Positions 29,498 to 39,522 of a stretch of 64,000 nucleotides of DNA are shown here, piece by piece. Source of the DNA: Candidatus Latescibacterota bacterium (GTDB lineage: Bacteria > Latescibacterota > UBA2968 > UBA8231); the NCBI GenBank assembly GCA_965219385.1, contig CBDCNM010000002.1, positions 902,639 to 966,638 of the forward strand. Reading direction: 5' to 3'. The notes beneath the pieces are model-generated. The model worked only from the letters and a program-made list of their open reading frames with translations, did not search any database and was not told the origin of the DNA. Position numbers and translations under genes: made by a program. Each line of letters starts with the position of its first letter. Position 1 is the first letter of the stretch.

Positions 29498-29520
29498 CGG
29501 GGAGCTGCAAGCGAGGCTTC

Positions 29521-30633
29521 TCAGGCCTTTTTGGTTTTCCGCGCCGCTTTTTTGCCCCCCTGTCTTACCTGGCGCTCGAAGGCGCGGATTTCGCGCTCGC
29601 CGTCCAGCACCCCGATCTCCAGGTGGAACTCCCGTACCTGGCCGGGCTGAATGTACTCCAGGCAGCCGTGCTCCCGGTTCCAGGCCCGGCCCAACATGCT
29701 GACATTGCCCGGCTCGATCCCGGTCACGTAGGTGCCCCGGTGGAGGTGCTGCCACTGGTTGACGATGGGGATCTCCTTTTGGGGGAAAGTCCAGTACAGC
29801 CCCAGTCCCAGGCGGTCGTTGATCAGGCCCACGTGGCCAGCGCCGTTTTTGTCGGCCAGGGGACGGTGGACCCAGACATCGTCGTGGGCCTGTTTGCGGG
29901 GGGCCGTGGCCACGGTATAAGCCTCGGGCCCTACCTCGCGGTCTTCCTGCCACTCGGTGGTTTTTTGGCTGTTGATGACCAGACGGGTGCCCGCGTCCAG
30001 CAGGGGGAAACCCGGATTGCAGTGGTATACGAACATCAGGGGCGAGCGGTCCACGCTGAGATTCTCGATGCGATCGTGGATCCTGAGGCATTTCTCGCCC
30101 AGGACCGTGGAAATCTCGCGGGACAGTTCCAGGTTGGTGCCAAAGACCACGGCCTGGCGCATTTTGCCGCGCACCCGCACCACGTAGTCCTCGCCTTCCC
30201 AGCCGCTTGCGGCCACCACGTTTTTGGCCGGGATGAAGGAGAGACGGCCGTGCAGGCCGAGTTCCTCGTTCTCCTCCTCGGGGTCCACTTCCGGGTGGCC
30301 GGTGAAGGTCATGCCGCAGCTGAGCACCAGACCGCCGAAAAAGCCGCGCATCCAGCCGTAGCCCTGGGGCTCGTAAAAGGCCGGCCCCACGTCGCCGGTA
30401 TTGCCGCGGAAGCACAGGGACATGCCCTTGTAGTGCGCCGAAGCAATGTCCAGGGAGCGACCGGAGAGGATCGAAAAGCACAGCCCCGAGGCGTTGAAGA
30501 CCTCGATCAGGTCGGAGCCGCGCTCATTGCCTTCCACCAGTTCGGCGCGGCGGGCGCCGGCCACCTGATCCATATCTCCCACCATGGTGAGAAGCTGCTG
30601 TTTGTCGTAGTTTTTACCGAAGAGTTTGGGCAT
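29521..30633 (-). CDS. Aldose 1-epimerase-like protein (DUF4432)
   Basis: GWMRGFFGGLVLSCG, GLHGR, YHCNPGFPLLD, YVTGIEPGN. Confidence 0.82.
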   Translation of the reverse strand: MPKLFGKNYDKQQLLTMVGDMDQVAGARRAELVEGNERGSDLIEVFNASGLCFSILSGRSLDIASAHYKGMSLCFRGNTGDVGPAFYEPQGYGWMRGFFGGLVLSCGMTFTGHPEVDPEEENEELGLHGRLSFIPAKNVVAASGWEGEDYVVRVRGKMRQAVVFGTNLELSREISTVLGEKCLRIHDRIENLSVDRSPLMFVYHCNPGFPLLDAGTRLVINSQKTTEWQEDREVGPEAYTVATAPRKQAHDDVWVHRPLADKNGAGHVGLINDRLGLGLYWTFPQKEIPIVNQWQHLHRGTYVTGIEPGNVSMLGRAWNREHGCLEYIQPGQVREFHLEIGVLDGEREIRAFERQVRQGGKKAARKTKKA

Positions 30634-30886
30634 GGTCCTTCTCCTGATAGGGTGCGAAAAATCCTGTTTCCAAACTTGAAGATATGGCGGCCGGCAGGGC
30701 GGCACAAGGGGCCTGATAAGCGCGCTTTCGAGCAACCTCGATTCTTTGCGGGCGAGACGGTTTCACAACGCGACAAGTGGTCTCTCGACAGGAGTTTGCG
30801 GACGGTCCGCCAGGCTGTCGAACACCCGAAAAATTCCTTATCTTTAGCTTCTAAGGCGAGTTCCCACACACCTCCAACCTTTCTCG

Positions 30887-31642
30887 ATGCACGAAATCCT
30901 GCTTCTGACCGCTACGGCTTTTGAGCAGCGCGACCTGGCGGCGCGCATGCAAGAGACGGTGCACCAGGTCGTGGCCGGCAAAAACTGGCGCAAGGGCCGT
31001 GTGGGCGGAGTGGTGGCGCAGCTGGTAGAAACCGGGATGGGCGCGGTCAATACCGCCCACGCTCTGACCTGCGTCCTGCAAGCCTTGCGTCCCTCCCTGG
31101 TGCTGCAGGTGGGCGTCGGCGGCGCCTATCTGGATACTGGCCTGGGAATCGGCGACGTGGTCGTAGCCAGTGAAGAGATATACGGCGATGTGGGGGTGCG
31201 CACCAGGGAGGGGTGGCAGTCGGCCGAATGCATCGGCATTCCACTGTTGGAACAGGAAAAGCCGTACTTCAACCGCTTCCCCCTGGATAGAGAACAGGTG
31301 GCCCGAACCCGGGATCTGTTGGCGGCGGGAGCATGGGCCGGCGCCGCGCCCCAGGTGCGGGTGGGACCTTTCGTCACCGTGCAGGAGTGCAGTGGCCTTG
31401 CCGATCTGGGACAGGAGCGGACCGGACGCTTCCAGGCTCTGTGCGAGAACATGGAGGGTGCCGCGGCAGCGCATTTGTGCCGGCTTTACGGCGTTCCGTT
31501 CCTGGAGATCCGCGGCATCAGCAATCTGGTGGAAGATCGCCGGACCGAAAAGTGGGACCTGTCCCTGGCCTGCCAGCGGGCCCAGCAGGCGGGACTGCAC
31601 GTGTTGAACCGGCCCGAAGAGGTACTGGGAGGAGACGGATGA
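30887..31642 (+). CDS. mqnB: Futalosine hydrolase
   Basis: PNP/UDP fold: TGMGAVN, GVGGAY, ENMEGAAAA, EIRGISN. Overlaps mqnD. Confidence 0.88.
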   Translation: MHEILLLTATAFEQRDLAARMQETVHQVVAGKNWRKGRVGGVVAQLVETGMGAVNTAHALTCVLQALRPSLVLQVGVGGAYLDTGLGIGDVVVASEEIYGDVGVRTREGWQSAECIGIPLLEQEKPYFNRFPLDREQVARTRDLLAAGAWAGAAPQVRVGPFVTVQECSGLADLGQERTGRFQALCENMEGAAAAHLCRLYGVPFLEIRGISNLVEDRRTEKWDLSLACQRAQQAGLHVLNRPEEVLGGDG

Positions 31643-32472
31643 CAAGCCGCGTTTCTCTGGGGTATTCCCCCTGTCCAAACGACACCTTTATTTTTTACGC
31701 CCTGGTGCACGGCAAGATCCCCGGGGCTCCCGTCTTTGAGGAGATGCTGGAGGACATTGCCACCCTCAACGCCCTGGCCCTCAAAGGCAAACTGGCCATT
31801 GCCAAGATTTCCTTTTACGCGCTGGCCCATTTGCGCCAGCGCTATTGTCTGCTGCACGCCGGAGGCGCCCTGGGGCGTGGGTGCGGGCCCCTGGTGGTGG
31901 CGCGCGCGCGACTGGCGCCCGGTGAGTTGAGCGGGAAAAAAATCGCTATCCCGGGCAAGCTGACCACCGCGGCCCTGCTGCTGCGTTTGTTCGATCCGGG
32001 TCTCGATGATCTGGTGATTTTGCCCTTTGATCACATCATGGCCGCGGCGCAGCAGGGCCAGGTGGACGCCGGCGTCATCATCCACGAAAGCCGTTTTACC
32101 TACCCGCATTACGGTCTGCACGAGGTGATGGATCTGGGGGGGTGGTGGGAAGAGGCTACGGGGCATCCTATCCCCCTGGGCGGAATTCTGGCCCGGCGCG
32201 ATCTGGGGCGCGAACTGATCGGGCGGATCGACCAGGCTTTGAGGGCGAGTGTGGAATACGCCCATGCTCACCCGAACGAGGTGCGCGATTACGTGCGGGC
32301 GCACGCACAGGAGATGGACGAACAGGTGATGCAGGCGCACATCGACCTGTACGTGAATCACCATACCTTGGACTACGGAGAGGATGGTGAGGCGGCGATT
32401 GCGGATTTGCTGCAGCGCGCCGAAAGAGCGGGAATTGCGCCGATTTCAGAGCTACCGTTGTTTGCCGGCTAA
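31639..32472 (+). CDS. mqnD: 1,4-dihydroxy-6-naphthoate synthase
   Basis: GYSPCPNDTFIF, GGALGRGCGP, IIHESRFTY, PIPLGG, HIDLYVN. Confidence 0.95.
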   Translation: MTSRVSLGYSPCPNDTFIFYALVHGKIPGAPVFEEMLEDIATLNALALKGKLAIAKISFYALAHLRQRYCLLHAGGALGRGCGPLVVARARLAPGELSGKKIAIPGKLTTAALLLRLFDPGLDDLVILPFDHIMAAAQQGQVDAGVIIHESRFTYPHYGLHEVMDLGGWWEEATGHPIPLGGILARRDLGRELIGRIDQALRASVEYAHAHPNEVRDYVRAHAQEMDEQVMQAHIDLYVNHHTLDYGEDGEAAIADLLQRAERAGIAPISELPLFAG

Positions 32473-32486
32473 CGCGGAGTCCAACC

Positions 32487-33524
32487 ATGAAACTACTGCA
32501 ATTTATCGACCCCGAGGACAAAGGACAGGTGCACGTGGGGCTGGTCGAGGGGGGTGAGGTCATCGATCTGACCCAGACCTCTGCGGCCCCGCATTCGGTG
32601 TGCGATATCTACTACGGACAGGGGGGAGACGAAACAGGGCTGGAGGAAGCAGGGCGCCGGCTGCAGGACGCGGCGGGCGCGGCGCGGCGCCTGGACCTGG
32701 GCCAATTGCTGGACAACCGGGATGGCGGCAGGCCGCACCTGACCAAACCCATCAGCGGTCCGGCGGACAATCCCCATGTCCTGCGGGTATGGCTGGCCGG
32801 GGTGACGCATGAAGACAGCGCCAAACTGCGCGAAATCGAGGCCAAGCAGGCCACCGGCGATCAGGTCAATGTGTACGCACAAAAGTACCGCGAATGCGCT
32901 GCCGGGGGGCGTCCCGAGCTGTTCGTCAAGGGCGAACCCGATGCGGTGGTGGGGCACAATCAGCCCCTGACACGGCCGGCCGATACCCAGCGTCTGGTAC
33001 CTGAAACCGAGCTGGTGTCGGTGTACGGGCTAAATAAAAAGGAACAGGTCGAGTGCCTGGGCTACACCGGGGGCAACGACGCTACCGACAACGGCATTGA
33101 GGCGGCCAATCCTCTGAACCTGCCCCAGGCCAAGAACTGGGCCGATGGCTGCGCCAGTCTGGGACCGCTTCTGGTGACGGAGGCGGCCTACGACGACAGC
33201 GCGGTCGAGGTCTCCTGCGAGATCCTGCGCCACGGCCGGCGGGTCGGGTTCAAGGAGGGGGCGACCGGACGAAACCACCTCAATATGCCGGATGGGCTTT
33301 TTCATATGGAGCGGTCCCTGTTCAGCCGGATGCCGTTGCAGCCAGGGCAACTACAGGCCCTCTACTGGGGCACCCCGATCGTATTTGCCGAAACCGATCT
33401 GGCGAGCGGATTGCTGGTGGGAGACGTGGTCAGGATGAGGTTTTCGGGTGGGATCGGGACGCTGGAAAACCAGATCGTGGCCCTGGCCGAGACAGGGCAG
33501 CTGGAGGGGTTGAGCAGGGGGTAA
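32487..33524 (+). CDS. Fumarylacetoacetate-hydrolase-superfamily protein (sugar-acid dehydratase-like)
   Basis: VWLAGVT, RPELFVK, VPETEL, GYTGGND, ANPLNLPQAK, SLGP. Confidence 0.7.
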   Translation: MKLLQFIDPEDKGQVHVGLVEGGEVIDLTQTSAAPHSVCDIYYGQGGDETGLEEAGRRLQDAAGAARRLDLGQLLDNRDGGRPHLTKPISGPADNPHVLRVWLAGVTHEDSAKLREIEAKQATGDQVNVYAQKYRECAAGGRPELFVKGEPDAVVGHNQPLTRPADTQRLVPETELVSVYGLNKKEQVECLGYTGGNDATDNGIEAANPLNLPQAKNWADGCASLGPLLVTEAAYDDSAVEVSCEILRHGRRVGFKEGATGRNHLNMPDGLFHMERSLFSRMPLQPGQLQALYWGTPIVFAETDLASGLLVGDVVRMRFSGGIGTLENQIVALAETGQLEGLSRG

Positions 33525-33739
33525 CTGACGAAATGGGCGGACGGCCGAAAGGCGCCCAGCTGGTGGAGTGACCTTTTTGTGGTGGGCGGCTCGCCTCAGG
33601 GGATGCCCCGAAAATTGGCTGAGCTCCTTCGTCTATTCCTCTCCCCCATCACCCTGCACAAAACGCCGCCGGCAACATCCCCTTCCGGCCTTGATGCTCG
33701 TATATTTACGATATTTCGGGAAGTTCTAGTTTTCGGCCC

Positions 33740-34999
33740 TTAAAGATCTTCTGCAGGGATATCCCGTTCCTGGCCAGTGGCCAGATCTTTGATGCGCACC
33801 TTGCCGGTGGACCACTCTTGCGGAGCCAGCAAGATCAGCCGGGCCGCCCCTGAGATATCGGCGTGTCTAAAGGCCCATTTTATTTTTTTGTTCCCCAGGA
33901 CCAGGTCCACCGCCCGTCCGTTCTCGCGCAGCCGGGCCGCCACCTGCATGGCGGCATCGCGCAGGGAAGCGTCGAAAGGAAAAACCACATCGTCCACGGA
34001 TCCCGCAAGGGTGGGAAGCAGGCCTTTGTCCTTGAGCAATTCCACGATCACGGCATCGCCGAAACCCAGACCGCAGGCCGGAATGTCCTTTCCTCCAAAA
34101 GTAGAAAGGAGGCGGTCGTAGCGACCTCCACCGCAAATAGCGCGCAGGGCCGCACCGCGGTCGAAGGCCTCGAATACAATGCCGGTGTAGTAGGCCAGAC
34201 CCCGGACCAGGCTGGCGTCGAATTCCAGCCATTCGGCGCAACCATAGGCTGCGGCCAGAGAAAATAAGGACCTCAAATCCTGGATGCCCCCGTGTTCTCC
34301 TCCAATGATACCGGCCACCTCGTCGAGCGAGTTCAGGGATATGACCTCTACAATCCGGTCTACCAGGGAGCCGTCGAGATCCAGATCCGCCATCTCCTTT
34401 TTGACGACTTCCTCCGGCACCTTCTCCAGCTTGTCCACGAGCACGCAAATCGGGGCGAATTTGTCGTCCGGGATCCCCAGTTTCTCAAGGGTGCCCTGGA
34501 GTATTTTGCGGTTCGAGATTTTGATGCCGATATCCGCCGGACCCAGGCCTACGCGCCCGAAGAAGGTGGTGATGGCGGCGAGCAACTCGGCCTCGGCCGT
34601 CATCCCCGGCACCCCGAAAATGTCCAGGTTCCACTGGTAGTGCTCGCGGCGTCGGCCCCGCGTCATGCGCTCGTAACGCCAGCACTGGGGGATGCTGTAC
34701 CACTTGACAGGCAAGGGTAGTGAGCCGCCCTTCTGCAGGATCAAGCGGGCCAGCGAAGGCGTCATTTCCGGGCGCAGCGCCAGCCGTCGGCCCGACTTGT
34801 CGGCAAAGCTGTAGAGTTGCTGGACGATTTCTTCGCCGGCTTTGCGGGTGTATAGTTCCTCCGCTTCGATGAGCGGCGCGTCGTACTGCTCGAAGGCGAA
34901 GAGCCGGGCTACTTCGCGAAAGTGCCCGAAAAGCCAATTTTGCAGCCGCATATCTTCGGGAAAGAAGTCCCGGGTACCCCGGGGAGGTGCCAGATCCAT
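33740..34999 (-). CDS. hisS: Histidine--tRNA ligase
   Basis: PRGTRDF, LRPEMT, WRYER, GRRREHYQ, VRGLAYYTG, GGGRYD. Confidence 0.96.
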   Translation of the reverse strand: MDLAPPRGTRDFFPEDMRLQNWLFGHFREVARLFAFEQYDAPLIEAEELYTRKAGEEIVQQLYSFADKSGRRLALRPEMTPSLARLILQKGGSLPLPVKWYSIPQCWRYERMTRGRRREHYQWNLDIFGVPGMTAEAELLAAITTFFGRVGLGPADIGIKISNRKILQGTLEKLGIPDDKFAPICVLVDKLEKVPEEVVKKEMADLDLDGSLVDRIVEVISLNSLDEVAGIIGGEHGGIQDLRSLFSLAAAYGCAEWLEFDASLVRGLAYYTGIVFEAFDRGAALRAICGGGRYDRLLSTFGGKDIPACGLGFGDAVIVELLKDKGLLPTLAGSVDDVVFPFDASLRDAAMQVAARLRENGRAVDLVLGNKKIKWAFRHADISGAARLILLAPQEWSTGKVRIKDLATGQERDIPAEDL

Positions 35000-35087
35000 G
35001 GTACACTGTCCTTTCCTGATCCTGAGTGTCTGGGATTATAATATCCGGAGGGATGGCGAAAACGACAAAATGGACCCCTGGGAGCAG

Positions 35088-35972
35088 CTAGTACACCTCG
35101 CCCGCCACAATCGCCCAAAGGCCCAGGAACATGCCGGCCTTGAGCACGAGATTCAAAGAGGGGCCATCTGCTGAGGCCGGACTCCGGTGCAGCCTGAGCA
35201 GGGCGTAGAGCAGGAGCAGATCGACCAGGAGTACCGGTGCCAGGTAGGCTGGGCCGTAGAGACCAAGCGCCCAGGGGACAAGGGTAAAGCCGATTAAAAA
35301 CAAATATACAACAAAAACGAGAAAAGTTGCCTTTGCAGTGCCCCAGCGCAGCGGCAGGGTGCGGGCCCCGGCTGCGGCATCGCCTTTCACATCCTCGATA
35401 TCCTTGATGATTTCTCTGCCCAGATGGAACAGGAGGGCAAAACCGGCCGGAATCCAGGAACGCCCCCAGGTCCCGGTGACAATGGCGCCATAAGGGAAGG
35501 GGGCCGCTCCCAGCAGGCAGACCAGCAGGTTGCCCCACAGCGGCGTGGGTTTCAGATATATACAATACAGAATCAGCAGGCCGGCGACACCGCTGGCAAT
35601 CAGGCCGTTCGCCGGACCCAGCCACCAGGCCAGTACCAGGCCGCTCACGCCAAAGAACAGCGCCTCCATCTTGGCTGCCCGCCGGCTGATCAGAGCGGCA
35701 GGCAGAGGGCGGGTGGGCCGGTTGATGCGGTCGATGTCCAGGTCCATCACGTCGTTGAAGGCATTGCCGGCCCCCAGGACGAGGGCGGCCGAGAGCGCGG
35801 CCAGCACTGTTTCGAGGGTGGGCCAGCGGATGCCCGCGGTGAAGGCTCCCACCCAGACCGATAGAGCCACGATCAGACAATTGAGCGGTCTGGACAGGAG
35901 GAAAAAGCCGGTGAGAGCAGATTTCAAGGGCGGTCCATACGCTGGAAAAAGGGGGGATTGGAGGAGCGTCAA
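35088..35972 (-). CDS. UbiA-family prenyltransferase, DGGGP-synthase-like
   Basis: SRPLNC, NDVMDLDIDRINRPTRPLP, REIIKDIEDVKGD, GARTLP. Multiple transmembrane helices. Confidence 0.82.
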   Translation of the reverse strand: MTLLQSPLFPAYGPPLKSALTGFFLLSRPLNCLIVALSVWVGAFTAGIRWPTLETVLAALSAALVLGAGNAFNDVMDLDIDRINRPTRPLPAALISRRAAKMEALFFGVSGLVLAWWLGPANGLIASGVAGLLILYCIYLKPTPLWGNLLVCLLGAAPFPYGAIVTGTWGRSWIPAGFALLFHLGREIIKDIEDVKGDAAAGARTLPLRWGTAKATFLVFVVYLFLIGFTLVPWALGLYGPAYLAPVLLVDLLLLYALLRLHRSPASADGPSLNLVLKAGMFLGLWAIVAGEVY

Positions 35973-35977
35973 TCTAT

Positions 35978-36011
35978 AATAGGCAAGAATTTCAAATAGG
36001 CAAGAATTTCA
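35978..36011. repeat. 17-bp perfect tandem duplication
   Basis: AATAGGCAAGAATTTCA twice. Confidence 0.9.
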
Positions 36012-36071
36012 CCGGCACAAGCCCGATTGTTCTGTAACTGTAAAAAAATAAACGTTTTGTATAAATTTTTC

Positions 36072-36100
36072 TTGACAGGGCTTTCGCCCTAACTTACTTT
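36072..36100 (+). promoter_or_regulatory. Sigma70-type promoter upstream of the HU/IHF gene
   Basis: TTGACA, 17-bp spacer, TACTTT, with an AT-rich upstream tract. Confidence 0.55.
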
Positions 36101-36209
36101 CCCATAACATTTTATTTCCACAAAACTAAAGTCATGTTAAGACGGCTTCTAAGACCCAGGAGTTAATGCAGGCGCAACCGCGGCTGTATTTCGCTCAGGA
36201 GGTGCGCTC

Positions 36210-36551
36210 TTGCCTACCATAACCAAAAAGGATCTGGCCCTCCTCGTCAGTCGCAGCACCGGGTGCAAAAAAAACCTGGCTGCCAAGATGGTCGATAGTT
36301 TGTTCGTGGCTATGCGGGACAGCTTGATCCAGGGCAATCGCATAGAAATCAGGGGATTTGGGGTGTTCCAGGTCAAGGATACGCGTCCCAAACCAGCGGC
36401 GCGCAATCCTCGTACAGGCGAAATTATCTATGTGCCAGCTCGCCGCAAGACCCACTTCAAGCCCGGTCGTTTGCTCAAGGAAGCGATGCACCAGCGGCGC
36501 GAAGGCATGCCCCCACTGGAGATCTACGACGACGGGGACGACGACGTATAA
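36210..36551 (+). CDS. HU/IHF family DNA-binding protein
   Basis: ITKKDL, IEIRGFGVF, ARNPRTGE, FKPG. TTG start behind AGGAGG. Confidence 0.93.
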   Translation: MPTITKKDLALLVSRSTGCKKNLAAKMVDSLFVAMRDSLIQGNRIEIRGFGVFQVKDTRPKPAARNPRTGEIIYVPARRKTHFKPGRLLKEAMHQRREGMPPLEIYDDGDDDV

Positions 36552-36627
36552 AGACGGGATGGACCTTGTCCTCCGTCTGCGGTACGGGGAATGCTTTTGC
36601 AGGGGACCCTGCAGATTTCCCTGTTCT

Positions 36628-38643
36628 ATGAGAACGATTATTTTTTTCTTCCTCCTGGGCCTGTGGCCTGCCGTGCTGCAGGCCCAGATTCTCCTCGGTA
36701 CATCCTGGTCTTCCCCCCGGGAGCTTGAGCAAGTGGCAGCCATCGGTTTGCGGGTTCGCTACATTACCCCGCGGGCCCTCTTTGCCAGCGGCGACGAGCA
36801 CGCCCTCCAGCAACTCAAGTCCCGGGGATTCACCCCCTTCCTCATTGACAGATCCGGCCCTGAGGAAGCCTATTTTCTCACCGACCATCTGGACTTTCCG
36901 CTCCTCCCCGGCGTTGAGTTGATCTACAAGAGCAGGGCAGGGTGGGCCTTGCTGCGCTTGCCGCAAACCCGTCTTGCCGAGATCCACGAACACCACCATT
37001 TCCTCTGGCCCTTGCCCGAGGACTACGATCTGGGACCCTGGCTCAGGCCCCAGAGGGCGGCCAAGCCCACCGCGCCGCTCGGGGCCGATTCAATGGCGGA
37101 ACTACTGGCCCTGGTGGATCCAGCGCAAATCCAGGCCCATGTCGAGGCCCTGGCCCTGATAGACCCCGACCGGGACAGCACTCCGGACAACCTGCGCACC
37201 CGTTATGCCCGCCACCCGCGCACCTTCGAGTCCACCACTTATATCCGCGATCAACTGAGCGCCTATCTGGGAGAAGGGGCGGTCGAGGTCCAGGACTTTA
37301 GACACCGCCCGGACGAACCGCTCATGTACAATGTAGTCGGCACCCTGGCAGGGGCGGATCCACAGGCCGGGTACTATGTGGTCTGCGCCCACTACGACGC
37401 CATTGCCTTCCGCACCCGGGACTGGGACTGGCGGGTGGACTCGGCCGCTGGCGCCGACGACAATGCCACCGGAACGGCCCTGGTACTGGAGAGCGCCCGC
37501 GTCCTTGCCCAGCAGCAGTTCCCTTCTTGGTCGATCCGCTTTATCGCCTTTTCCGGCGAGGAGCTGGGGCTGTGGGGTAGCCGGGCTTACGCCACTCAGG
37601 CTCGGGAGAGGGACGACCGGATCCTGGGGGTGCTGAACTTCGACATGATCGGTTTCAACGATTTGAGCCATCGTCTCGAGCTGGTGGCCAATCCCCCTTC
37701 TCGCTGGCTGGTGGACCTGATGCGCCAAAGCAACCAGCGCTACCATGTTGGACTCCAGGTGGATGTGCTGGTAGACCAGACCGCCCGTCTCAGCGATCAC
37801 GCCCCGTTCTGGGCTCGGGGGTACGATGCTTTGCTGGGCATCGAGAACTACCTGCCTACGGACTCTACCACCTATGGGGTACGCGAGAATAAATATCGAA
37901 TTAATTCCCACTACCACACTGTGCGCGATGTGCCGGACAGCATCAACTGGGAGCTGGTGAAGCGCACCACCCAGCTGGCCGTGGCCACTCTGGCCCAGTA
38001 CGGATTGCAGGAAGGGGAAGGCCTGCCCAATCTGGTGGTCTTTCTCGGGGATTTGAGCGGCGATCCCCAGGGCAACCTGCGGGTGCGGGTCAGCAACATC
38101 GGCCTGAGCCGGCTCGAGATCCCCTATCGGGTGCGGGTTTCGCGCTGTGGAGCCGATTCCAGCGGCTGCGAGGTGATCTACGACGAGGAGCGGAGTACTC
38201 CCCTGGAACCAGGAGGAGTGGAGGATATCGAGATCGCCTGGGATCGTTTTGGAGAGATGGTCTTTCTGCTCGAGGTCGATCCCCAGGGCCGGATTGCCGA
38301 GTCCAGCGAGGACGACAATCGCGCCTTTCAGAATGTGCGCCTGGTGCCCCAGAGCGTCCGGGTATTCCCCAATCCCTACAGTCCCATCCGGGACGGAATA
38401 TTGCGCTTTAGTGGGGTACCTTTAAACTCCATGGTCCAGATTTTCACCTTGCGCGGGGAGCTGGTGTGGTCTGCTCAAGAGGACGACAGGGAGCAGAGGA
38501 GGTTGCGGGCGAAGCCCAAGGATATCCTCTGGAAGGGGGTCAACCAGACCCAGGAGGTTCTGGTGGGCAGTGGGGTCTACATCTACACAATCACCGTGGA
38601 AGGGGAGGTGATCGAGATGGGCAAGATTGCGGTTGTGCGGTAG
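36628..38643 (+). CDS. Secreted M28-family metallopeptidase with CARDB and FlgD/T9SS-like C-terminal domain
   Basis: AHYD, GADDNATG, FSGEELGLWGS, NFDMIG, SDH, YHT. VDPQGRIAESSEDDN (CARDB). VFPNP...SGVYIY at the C-terminus. Confidence 0.88.
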   Translation: MRTIIFFFLLGLWPAVLQAQILLGTSWSSPRELEQVAAIGLRVRYITPRALFASGDEHALQQLKSRGFTPFLIDRSGPEEAYFLTDHLDFPLLPGVELIYKSRAGWALLRLPQTRLAEIHEHHHFLWPLPEDYDLGPWLRPQRAAKPTAPLGADSMAELLALVDPAQIQAHVEALALIDPDRDSTPDNLRTRYARHPRTFESTTYIRDQLSAYLGEGAVEVQDFRHRPDEPLMYNVVGTLAGADPQAGYYVVCAHYDAIAFRTRDWDWRVDSAAGADDNATGTALVLESARVLAQQQFPSWSIRFIAFSGEELGLWGSRAYATQARERDDRILGVLNFDMIGFNDLSHRLELVANPPSRWLVDLMRQSNQRYHVGLQVDVLVDQTARLSDHAPFWARGYDALLGIENYLPTDSTTYGVRENKYRINSHYHTVRDVPDSINWELVKRTTQLAVATLAQYGLQEGEGLPNLVVFLGDLSGDPQGNLRVRVSNIGLSRLEIPYRVRVSRCGADSSGCEVIYDEERSTPLEPGGVEDIEIAWDRFGEMVFLLEVDPQGRIAESSEDDNRAFQNVRLVPQSVRVFPNPYSPIRDGILRFSGVPLNSMVQIFTLRGELVWSAQEDDREQRRLRAKPKDILWKGVNQTQEVLVGSGVYIYTITVEGEVIEMGKIAVVR

Positions 38644-38742
38644 GGTGATTCAGTCCTTCCCGTCTTCGTCCCGGGATAATAGGTTTTGTATCCCTTTGAA
38701 TTTTTTCGCAGCAAATTGCTGAAAAAAGTAAGGTAATGGGGT

Positions 38743-38863
38743 TTACAGTAATGAGGTTATGTGAGGAAGTTTTGATGCTTCAAGCCCACATCCCCAACAA
38801 ATTGGACCAAATTTTCCTATAAGAATTTCACGGATTTGTTTTTTATCGAATTTCATAACCATC
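38743..38863 (-). pseudogene. Truncated N-terminus of a possible HNH-type protein
   Basis: KKQIREILIGKFGPICWGCG (CxxC) followed by an early stop, in an AT-rich patch. Confidence 0.4.
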
Positions 38864-38999
38864 CCCCGCACAATAAAAGGTAGGCCGCTCCAATATTGTT
38901 TGTTTTGTCCTTGACAGTACAAAATATCCAATCTTATTATACTGTAGACAAGGGAAAGTTCATACCCCTATCAACCCCTTGAGATAGGGAGAAAAGGCC

Positions 39000-39296
39000 A
39001 TGGAAACCCCCTTCATTACCGCCCAATTCGTTAGCCTTTTGGTGGCCATCGTGGGTGTGGGCATAGTCGCTATGGGCATAGGATGGCTTGGTCTGGATCG
39101 AATGAGGGATGATATCAAGGCCGACGCCCAAAAAGCGCATGGTGAGATTGGGAAGAATATCGATACGCTACGCTCTGATATCAACACGCTACGCTCTGAA
39201 GTAAGCGACCTGCGTAAGGAAATGACCGACCTGACTGGCCGTGTGGGCCGTATTGAGGGCTATCTTGAGAGGGGGGACACCCAACGAGATGGTTGA
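39000..39296 (+). CDS. Small membrane-anchored coiled-coil protein
   Basis: N-terminal transmembrane helix, heptads DTLRSDINTLRSEVSDLRKEM, tail RVGRIEG. Confidence 0.7.
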   Translation: METPFITAQFVSLLVAIVGVGIVAMGIGWLGLDRMRDDIKADAQKAHGEIGKNIDTLRSDINTLRSEVSDLRKEMTDLTGRVGRIEGYLERGDTQRDG

Positions 39297-39430
39297 AGAT
39301 GTTGAAATCACGAGGAAGATTCTGGAGTATTTAGCCCAGAAGGACAGTTTCCCCTCCCATACAACTGAGGAGGAGCTGCGCCAAGCCAACTGAGGAGGAG
39401 CTGCGCCAAGCCTTTCGGGTCATCTGCTGA
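39289..39430 (+). pseudogene. Gene remnant disrupted by a 25-bp tandem duplication
   Basis: MVEDVEITRKILEYLAQKD... stops inside CAACTGAGGAGGAGCTGCGCCAAGC x2 (39362-39411). Confidence 0.5.
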
Positions 39431-39522
39431 ATAGAAGAGCCGATATACCCGGCGAAGGGTAGCTCCCTAGCCCGGCAAATAAATTGGGGCGCCGCTACCT
39501 TCTACCAACCAGGAGATGCGTT

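Noticed and set aside
30770..30830. Hairpin TCGACAG...CTGTCGA upstream of mqnB as a riboswitch
   Set aside because: A single stem with no known aptamer motif, which is insufficient evidence.
33525..33640. Hammerhead ribozyme or riboswitch (CTGACGA...CCGAAAGG)
   Set aside because: The stem between the core motifs does not close properly and no flanking stems were found. It looks like ordinary hairpins between convergent genes.
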